In this document: piece after piece, positions 53,201 to 64,000 of the stretch
Position numbering within the stretch: the stretch's first letter is position 1
Layout: each line of letters begins with the position of its first letter
Assembly: GCA_964016885.1 (NCBI GenBank)
Contig: OZ024743.1
Span: 208,196,001 to 208,260,000 of the forward strand
From: Eledone cirrhosa
Taxonomy: Eukaryota
Direction: 5' to 3'
Length of the DNA stretch: 64,000 nucleotides
Notes under the pieces: model-generated
Seen by the model: the letters and a program-made list of their open reading frames with translations, nothing else
What the model was told of the DNA's origin: nothing
Databases searched by the model: none
Made by a program: the position numbers and the translations under genes

Positions 53201-56200
53201 CAGTCAAGACAATGTCTATATACAGTCAAGACAATGTCTATATACGGTCAAGTCTAGGTCTATATACAGTCAAGACAATGTCTATATACAGTCAAGACAA
53301 TGTCTTTATACAGTCAAGACAATGTCTATATATTGTCCAGACAATGTCTATATATGGTCAAGGCAATGTCTATATAAGGTCAAGACAATGTCTATATACG
53401 TTCAAGACAATGTCTATATACAATCAAGACGATGTCTAAATATGGTCAAGACAATGTCTATATACAGTCAAGACAATGTCTATATACAGTCAAGATAATG
53501 TCTATATACAGTCAAGACAATGTCTATATACGCTCAAGACAATGTCTATATACAGTCAAGACAATATCTATATACGGTCAAGACAATGTCTATATACAGT
53601 CAAGACAATGTCTATATACAGTCAAGACAATGTCTATATACAGTCAAGACAATGTCTATATACGGTCAAGACAATGTCTATATACAGTCAAGACAATATC
53701 TATATATGGTCAAGACAATGTCTATATACAGTCAAGACAATGTCTATATACAGGCAAGACAATGTCTATATACGGTAAAGACAATGTCTCTATACAGTCA
53801 AGACAATGTCTTTATACAGTCACGACAATATCGTTATACGGTCAAGACAATGTCTATATACAGTCAAGACAATGTCTATATACAATCAAGACGATGTCTA
53901 TATACGGTAAAGATAATGTCTATATATGGTCAAGACAATGTCTATATAAGGTCAAGACAATGTCTTTATACAGTCAAGACAATGTCTATACACGGTCAAG
54001 ACAATGTTTATATATGGTCAAGACAATGTCTATATACAGTCAAGACAATGTCTATATACGGTCAAGACAATGTCTATATACAGTCAAGACAATATCTATA
54101 TAAGGTCAAGACAATGTCTATATACAGTCAAGACAATGTCTATATACAGTCAAGAAAATGTCTATATACAGTCAAGACAATGTCTATATACAGTCAAGAC
54201 AATGTCTATATACGGTCAAGCCAAGGTCTATATATGGTCAAGACAATGTCTATATACAATCAAGACGATGTCTATATACGGTAAAGACAATGTCTCTATA
54301 CGGTCAAGTCAAGGTCTACATACAGTCAAGACAACGTCTATATACACTCAAGACAATGTCTTTATACAGTCAAGACAATGTCTTTATACAGTCAAGAGAA
54401 TGTCTCTATACGGTCAAGTCAAGGTCTCTATACAGTCAAGACAATGTCTATATACAGTCAAGACAATGTCTCTATACAGTCAAGACAATGTCTATATACA
54501 GTCAAGACAATGTCTATATACAGTCAAGACAATGTCTATATACAGTCGATACAATGTCTATATACAGTCAAGACAATGTCTATATACGGTCAAGTCAAGA
54601 CGATGTCTATATACAGTCAAGACAATGTCTTTATACAGTCAAGGCAATGTCTATATACGGTCAAGACAATGTCTATATACAGTCAAGACAATGTCTATAT
54701 ATGGTCAAGACAATGTCTATATACAGTCAAGACAATGTCTATATACAGTCAAGACAATGTCTATATACAGTCAAGACAATGTCTATATACAGTCAAGACA
54801 ATGTCTATATACAGTCAAGACAATGTCTATATACGGTCAAGTCTATGTCTATATACAGTCAAGACAATGTCTATATACAGTCAAGACAATGTCTTTATAC
54901 AGTCAAGACAATGTCTATATATGGTCAAGACAATGTCTATATATGGTCAAGGCAATGTCTATATAAGGTCAAGACAATTTCTATATATGGTCAAGACAAT
55001 GTCTATATACAATCAAGACGATGTCTAAATATGGTCAAGACAATGTCTATATACAGTCAAGACAATGTCTATATACAGTCAAGATAATGTCTATATACAG
55101 TCAAGACAATGTCTATATACGGTCAAGATAATGTCTATATACAGTCAAGACAATATCTATATACGGTCAAGACAATGTCTATATGCAGTCAAGACAATGT
55201 CTATATACAGTTAAGACAATGTCTATATACGGTCAAGACAATGTCTATATACAGTCAAGACAATATCTATATACGGTCAAGACAATGTCTATATACAGTC
55301 AAGACAATGTCTATATACAGGCAAGACAATGTCTATATACGGTCAAGACAATGTCTATATACAGTCAAGACAATATCTATATACAGTCAAGACAATGTCT
55401 ATATACAGTCAAGACAATGTCTAAATATGGTCAAGACAATGTCTATATACAGTCAAGACAATATCTATATACGGTCAAGACAATGTCTATATACAGTCAA
55501 GACAATGTCTATATACAGGCAAGACAATGTCTATAAACGGTCAAGACAATGTCTATATACAGTCAAGACAATATCTATATACAGTCAAGACAATGTCTAT
55601 ATACAGTCAAGACAATGTCTAAATATGGTCAAGACAATGTCTATATACAGTCAAGACAATGTCTCTATACAGTCAAGACAATGTCTATATACAGTCAAGA
55701 CAATGTCTATATACATTCAAGACAACGTATATATACGGTCAAGACAATGTCTATATAATCAAGGCAATGTCTATATATGATCAAGTCAAGGTCTCTATAC
55801 AGTCAAGACAATGTCTATATACAGTCAAGCCAATGTCTATATACGGTCAAGACAATGTCTTTATACAGTCACGACAATGTCTCGATACGGTCAAGTCAAG
55901 GTCTCTATACACTCAAGACAATGTCTATATACACTCAAGACAATGTCTCTATACAGTCAAGACAATGTCTATATACAGTCAAGACAATGTCTATATACGG
56001 TCAAGACAATGTCTATATACAGTCAAGACAATGTGTATATACAGTCGAGACAATGTCTATATACAGTCAAGACAATGTCTATATACAGTAAAGGCAATGT
56101 CTATATACGGTCAAGTCAAGGTCTCTATACAGTCAAGATGATGTCTATATACAGTCAAGACAATGTCTATATACGGTCAAGACAATGTCTATATACGGTC

Positions 56201-59200
56201 AAGACAATGTCTATATACAGTCAAGACAATGTATTTATACAGTCAAGACAATGTCTATATATGGTCAAGACAATGTCTATATATGGTCAAAACAATGTCT
56301 ATATAAGGTCAAGACAATGTCTATATACGGTCAAGACAATGTCTATATACAATGAAGACGATGTCTATATATGGTCAAGACAATGTCTATATATGGTCAA
56401 GACAATGTCTATATACAGTCAAGACAAGGTCTATATACAGTCAAGATAATGTCTATATACAGTCAAGACAATGTCTATATACGGTCAAGACAATGTCTAT
56501 ATACAGTCAAGACAATGTCTATATACGGTCAAGCCAAGGTCTATATATCGTCAAGACAATGTCTATATACAATCAAGACGATGTCTATATACGGTAAAGA
56601 CAATGTCTCTATACGGTCAAGTCAAGGTCTATATACAGTCAAGACAATGTCTATATACAGTCAAGACAATGTCTTTATACAGTCAAGACAATGTATTTAT
56701 ACAGTCAAGACAATGTCTCTATACGGTCAAGTCAAGGTCTCTATACACTCAAGACAATGTCTATATACAGTCAAGACAATGTCTTTATACAGTCAAGACA
56801 ATGTTTATATATGGTCAAGACAATGTCTATATATGGTCAAGACAATGTCTATATAAGGTCAAGACAATGTCTATATACGGTCAAGACAATGTCTATATAC
56901 AATGAAGACGATGTCTATATATGGTCAAGACAATGTCTATATACAGTCAAGACAATGTCTATATACGGTCAAGTCTAGGTCTATATACAGTCAAGACAAT
57001 GTCTATATACAGTCAAGACAATGTCTTTATACAGTCAAGACAATGTCTATATATGGTCAAGACAATGTCTATATATGGTCAAGGCAATGTCTATATAAGG
57101 TCAAGACAATGTCTATATACGTTCAAGACAATGTCTATATACAATCAAGACGATGTCTAAATATGGTCAAGACAATGTCTATATACAGTCAAGACAATGT
57201 CTATATACAGTCAAGATAATGTCTATATACAGTCAAGACAATGTCTATATACGCTCAAGATAATGTCTATATACAGTCAAGACAATATCTATATACGGTC
57301 AAGACAATGTCTATATACAGTCAAGACAGTGTCTATATACAGTCAAGACAATGTCTATATACAGTCAAGACAATGTCTATATACGGTCAAGACAATGTCT
57401 ATATACAGTCAAGACAATATCTATATATGGTCAAGACAATGTCTATATACAGTCAAGACAATGTCTATATACAGGCAAGACAATGTCTATATACGGTAAA
57501 GACAATGTCTCTATACAGTCAAGACAATGTCTATATACGGTCAAGACAATGTCTATATACGGTAAAGATAATGTCTATATATGGTCAAGACAATGTCTAT
57601 ATAAGGTCAAGACAATGTCTATATACGGTCAAGACAATGTCTATATATGGTCAAGACAATGTCTATATACAATCAAGACGATGTCTATATACGGTAAAGA
57701 AAATGTCTCTATACGGTCAAGACAATGTCTTTATACAGTCAAGACAATGTCTATACACGGTCAAGACAATGTCTATATGTGGTCAAGACAATGTCTATAT
57801 ACAGTCATGACAATGTCAATATACAGTCAAGACAATGTCTATATACGGTCAAGACAATGTCTATATACAGTCAAGACAATATCTATATAAGGTCAAGACA
57901 ATGTCTATATACAGTCAAGACAATGTCTATATACAGTCAAGAAAATGTCTATATACAGTCAAGACAATGTCTATATACAGTCAATACAATGTCTATATAC
58001 GGTCAAGCCAAGGTCTATATATGGTCAAGACAATGTCTATATACAATCAAGACGATGTCTATATACGGTAAAGACAATGTCTCTATACGGTCAAGTCAAG
58101 GTCTATATACAGTCAAGACAACGTCTATATACACTCAAGACAATGTCTTTATACAGTCAAGACAATGTCTTTATACAGTCAAGACAATGTCTCTATACGG
58201 TCAAGTCAAGGTCTCTATACAGTCAAGACAATGTCTATATACAGTCAAGACAATGTCTCTATACAGTCAAGACAATGTCTATATACAGTCAAGACAATGT
58301 CTATATACAGTCAAGACAATGTCTATATACAGTCGATACAATGTCTATATACAGTCAAGACAATGTCTATATACGGTCAAGTCAAGGTCTATATACAGTC
58401 AAGACGATGTCTATATACAGTCAAGAAAATGTCTTTATACAGTCAAGGCAATGTCTATATACGGTCAAGACAATGTCTATATACAGTCAAGACAATGTCT
58501 ATATATGGTCAAGACAATGTCTATATACAGTCAAGACAATGTCTATATACAGTCAAGACAATGTCTATATACAGTCAAGACAATGTCTATATACAGTCAA
58601 GACAATGTCTATATACAGTCAAGACAATGTCTATATACGGTCAAGTCTATGTCTATATACAGTCAAGACAATGTCTATATACAGTCAAGACAATGTCTTT
58701 ATACAGTCAAGACAATGTCTATATATGGTCAAGACAATGTCTATATATGGTCAAGGCAATGTCTATATAAGGTCAAGACAATTTCTATATATGGTCAAGA
58801 CAATGTCTATATACAATCAAGACGATGTCTAAATATGGTCAAGACAATGTCTATATACAGTCAAGACAATGTCTATATACAGTCAAGATAATGTCTATAT
58901 ACAGTCAAGACAATGTCTATATACGGTCAAGATAATGTCTATATACAGTCAAGACAATATCTATATACGGTCAAGACAATGTCTATATGCAGTCAAGACA
59001 ATGTCTATATACAGTCAAGACAATGTCTATATATGGTCAAGACAATGTCTATATACAGTCAAGACAATATCTATATACGGTCAAGACAATGTCTATATAG
59101 AGTCAAGACAATGTCTATATACAGGCAAGACAATGTCTATATACGGTCAAGACAATGTCTATATACAGTCAAGACAATATCTATATACAGTCAAGACAAT

Positions 59201-62200
59201 GTCTATATACAGTCAAGACAATGTCTAAATATGGTCAAGACAATGTCTATATACAGTCAAGACAATATCTATATACGGTCAAGACAATGTCTATACACAG
59301 TCAAGACAATGTCTATATACAGTCAAGACAATGTCTATATACAGTCAAGACAATGTCTATATACATTCAAGACAACGTATATATACGGTCAAGACAATGT
59401 CTATATAATCAAGGCAATGTCTATATATGATCAAGTCAAGGTCTCTATACAGTCAAGACAATGTCTATATACAGTCAAGACAATGTCTATATACGGTCAA
59501 GACAATGTCTTTATACAGTCACGACAATGTCTCGATACGGTCAAGTCAAGGTCTCTATACAGTCAAGACAATGTCTATATACAGTCAAGACAATGTCTCT
59601 ATACAGTCAAGACAATGTCTATATACAGTCAAGACAATGTCTATATACGGTCAAGACAATGTCTATATACAGTCAAGACAATGTGTATATACAGTCGAGA
59701 CAATGTCTATATACAGTCAAGACAATGTCTATATACAGTAAAGGCAATGTCTATATACGGTCAAGACGATGTCTATATACAGTCAAGACAATGTCTTTAT
59801 ACAGTCAAGACAATGTCTATATATGGTCAAGACAATGTCTATATATGGTCAAGACAATGTCTATATAAGGTCAAGACAATGTCTATATACGGTCAAGACA
59901 ATGTCTATATACAATGAAGACGATGTCTATATATGGTCAAGACAATGTCTATATATGGTCAAGACAATGTCTATATACAGTCAAGACAAGGTCTATATAC
60001 AGTCAAGATAATGTCTATATACAGTCAAGACAATGTCTATATACGGTCAAGACAATGTCTATATACAGTCAAGACAATGTCTATATACGGTCAAGCCAAG
60101 GTCTATATATCGTCAAGACAATGTCTATATACAATCAAGACGACGTCTATATACGGTAAAGACAATGTCTCTATACGGTCAAGTCAAGGTCTATATACAG
60201 TCAAGACAATGTCTATATACAGTCAAGACAATGTCTTTATACAGTCAAGACAATGTATTTATACAGTCAAGACAAGGTCTCTATACACTCAAGACAATGT
60301 CTATATACAGTCAAGACAATGTCTTTATACAGTCAAGACAATGTTTATATATGGTCAAGACAATGTCTATATATGGTCAATACAATGTCTATATAAGGTC
60401 AAGACAATGTCTATATACGGTCAAGACAATGTCTATATACAATGAAGACGATGTCTATATATGGTCAAGACAATGTCTATATACAGTCAAGACAATGTCT
60501 ATATACAGTCAAGATAATGTCTATATACAGTCAAGACAATGTCTTTATACAGTCAAGACAATGCCTATATATGGTCAAGTCAAGGTCTCTATACAGTCAA
60601 GACAATGTCTATATACAGTCAAGACAATGTCTATATACAGTCAAGACAATGTCTATATACGGTCAAGACAATGTCTCTATACAGTCAAGACAATATCTAT
60701 ATACGGTCAAGACAATGTCTATATACAGTCAAGACAATGTCTATATACAGGCAAGACAATGTCTATATACGGTAAAGACAATGTCTCTATACAGTCAAGA
60801 CAATGTCTATATACGGTCAAGACAATGTCTTTATACAGTCACGACAATATCTTTATACGGTCAAGACAATGTCTATATACAGTCAAGACAATGTCTATAT
60901 ACAATCAAGACGATGTCTATATACGGTAAAGATAATGTCTATATATGGTCAAGACAATGTCTATATAAGGTCAAGACAATGTCTATATACGGTCAAGACA
61001 ATGTCTATATATGGTCAAGACAATGTCTATATACAATCAAGACGATGTCTATATACGGTAAAGAAAATGTCTCTATACGGTCAAGACAATGTCTTTATAC
61101 AGTCAAGACAATGTCTATACACGGTCAAGACAATGTCTATATACGGTCAAGACAATGTCTTTATACAGTCAAGACAATGTCTATACACGGTCAAGACAAT
61201 GTCTATATATGGTCAAGACAATGTCTATATACAGTCATGACAATGTCAATATACAGTCAAGACAATGTCTATATATGGTCAAGACAATGTCTATATACAG
61301 TCAAGACAATATCTATATAAGGTCAAGACAATGTCTATATACAGTCAAGACAATGTCTCTATACAGTCAAGACAATGTCTATATACAGTCAAGACAATGT
61401 CTCTATACAGTCAAGACAATGTCTCTATACGGTCAAGTCAAGGTCTATATACAGTCAAGACAACGTCTATATACACTCAAGACAATGTCTTTATACAGTC
61501 AAGACAATGTCTTTATACAGTCAAGACAATGTCTCTATACGGTCAAGTCAAGGTCTCTATACAGTCAAGACAATGTCTATATACAGTCAAGACAATGTCT
61601 CTATACAGTCAAGACAATGTCTATATACAGTCAAGACAATGTCTATATACAGTCGATACAATGTCTATATACAGTCAAGACAATGTCTATATACGGTCAA
61701 GTCAAGGTCTATATACAGTCAAGACGATGTCTATATACAGTCAAGACAATGTCTTTATACAGTCAAGGCAATGTCTATATACGGTCAAGACAATGTCTAT
61801 ATACAGTCAAGACAATGTCTATATATGGTCAAGACAATGTCTATATACAGTCAAGACAATGTCTATATACAGTCAAGACAATGTCTATATACAGTCAAGA
61901 CAATGTCTATATACAGTCAAGACAATGTCTATATACAGTCAAGACAATGTCTATATACGGTCAAGTCTATGTCTATATACAGTCAAGACAATGTCTATAT
62001 ACAGTCAAGACAATGTCTTTATACAGTCAAGACAATGTCTATATATGGTCAAGACAATGTCTATATATGGTCAAGGCAATGTCTATATAAGGTCAAGACA
62101 ATTTCTATATACGGTCAAGACAATGTCTATATACAATCAAGACGATGTCTAAATATGGTCAAGACAATGTCTATATACAGTCAAGACAATGTCTATATAC

Positions 62201-64000
62201 AGTCAAGATAATGTCTATATACAGTCAAGACAATGTCTATATACGGTCAAGACAATGTCTATATACAGTCAAGACAATATCTATATACAGTCAAGACAAT
62301 GTCTATATACAGTCAAGACAATGTCTATATACAGTCAAGACAATGTCTATATACGGTCAAGACAATGTCTATATACAGTCAAAACAATATCTATATACGG
62401 TCAAGACAATGTCTATATACAGTCAAGACAATGTCTATATACAGGCAAGACAATGTCTATATACGGTCAAGACAATGTCTATATACAGTCAAGACAATAT
62501 CTATATACAGTCAAGACAATGTCTATATACAGTCAAGACAATGTCTAAATATGGTCAAGACAATGTCTATATACAGTCAAGACAATGTCTCTATACAGTC
62601 AAGACAATGTCTATATACAGTCAAGACAATGTCTATATACATTCAAGACAACGTATATATACGGTCAAGACAATGTCTATATAATCAAGGCAATGTCTAT
62701 ATATGATCAAGTCAAGGTCTCTATACAGTCAAGACAATGTCTATATACAGGCAAGACAATGTCTCTATACAGTCAAGACAATGTCTATATACAGTCAAGA
62801 CAATGTCTCTATACAGTCAAGACAATGTCTATATACAGTCAAGACAATGTCTATATACGGTCAAGACAATGTCTATATACAGTCAAGACAATGTCTATAT
62901 ACAGTCGAGACAATGTCTATATACAGTCAAGACAATGTCTATATACAGTAAAGGCAATGTCTATATACGGTCAAGTCAAGGTCTCTATACAGTCAAGATG
63001 ATGTCTATATACAGTCAAGACAATGTCTATATACGGTCAAGACAATGTCTATATACGGTCAAGACAATGTCTATATACAGTCAAGACAATGTCTTTATAC
63101 AGTCAAGACAATGTCTATATATGGTCAAGACAATGTCTATATATGGTCAAGACAATGTCTATATAAGGTCAAGACAATGTCTATATACGGTCAAGACAAT
63201 GTCTATATACAATGAAGACGATGTCAAGTCAAGGTCTATATACAGTCAAGACAACATCTATATACAGTCAAGACAATGTCTTTATACAATCAAGACAATG
63301 TCTTTATACAGTCAAGACAATGTCTCTATACGGACAAGTCAAGGTCTCTATACAGTCAAGACAATGTCTATATACAGTCAAGACAATGTCTCTATACAGT
63401 CAAGACAATGTCTATATACAGTCAAGACAATGTCTATATACGGTCAAGACAATGTCTATATACAGTCAAGACAATGTCTATATAAAGTCGAGACAATGTC
63501 TATATACAGTCAAGACAATGTCTATATACGGTCAAGTCAAGGTCTATATACAGTCAAGACGATGTCTATATACAGTCAAGACAATGTCTTTATACATTCA
63601 AGACAATGTCTATATATGGTCAAGACAATGTCTATATACAGTCAAGACAATGTCTATATACGGTCAATCTAGGTCTATATACACTCAAGACAATGTCTAT
63701 ATACAGTCAATACAATGTCTTTATTCAGTCAAGACAATGTCTATATATGGTCAAGACAATGTCTATATATGGTCAAGGCAATGTCTATATAAGGTCAAGA
63801 CAATGTCTATATACGGTCAAGACAATGTCTATATACAATCAAGACGATGTCTATATATGGTCAAGACAATGTCTATATACAGTCAAGACAATGTCTATAT
63901 ACGGTAAATCTAGGTCTATATACAGTCAAGACAATGTCTATATACAGTCAAGACAATGTCTTTATTCAGTCAAGACAATGTCTATATATGGTCAAGACAA
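38286..64000 (+). repeat. 22-bp tandem satellite array, right block, same family and orientation, ~1,170 monomers
   Basis: Resumes abruptly at CAGTCAAGAC (38286) after ...GGACAAGTGCAAG and continues to the window end. Confidence 0.99.

Noticed and set aside
166-63907. Hundreds of + strand ORFs with MSIYSQDNVYIQSRQCLYTVKT repeats
   Set aside because: They overlap in all three frames with the same peptide, the 22-bp period is not codon-aligned, and stops are scattered. This is a translation artefact of the satellite.
1-64000. CRISPR array (short partly palindromic repeats)
   Set aside because: The monomers abut with no unique spacers, there are no cas genes, and the context is eukaryotic LINE/SINE sequence.
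1-64000. p53 response elements (AGACATGTCT-like)
   Set aside because: The monomer has AGACAATGTCT. The extra base breaks the RRRCWWGYYY spacing.
1-64000. Telomeric repeat array
   Set aside because: No TTAGGG/TTAGG-type units and no G-rich strand.

Overview
Eukaryotic, AT-rich satellite DNA, probably cephalopod (inferred only from the SINE and LINE fragments, which resemble ones I recall from octopus). About 92% of the window is one 22-bp tandem satellite (consensus CAGTCAAGACAATGTCTATATA) in two same-orientation arrays, 1-32970 (~1,500 monomers) and 38286-64000 (~1,170 monomers). The hundreds of + strand ORFs are an artefact: the monomer has no stop codon on + and 22 is not divisible by 3. 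The arrays show kb-scale higher-order duplications (6085-bp offset; a near-perfect ~5.8-kb tandem duplication; 3-4 kb quasi-periods on the right) and a sharp subfamily switch near 23.68 kb. A 5.3-kb island (32971-38285) interrupts the satellite almost in register. It holds a 213-bp-arm inverted repeat starting exactly at the junction, an 88-bp hAT-like MITE, three copies or fragments of a tRNA-derived SINE, a CR1/L2-type LINE 3' end, a short ORF with 15-aa repeats, two Tc1/mariner-pogo-like ends, a 70-bp-arm hairpin and microsatellites. No intact host gene is evident. I cannot establish a new biological system from sequence alone. The best candidates are the island architecture and the motif content of the monomer.
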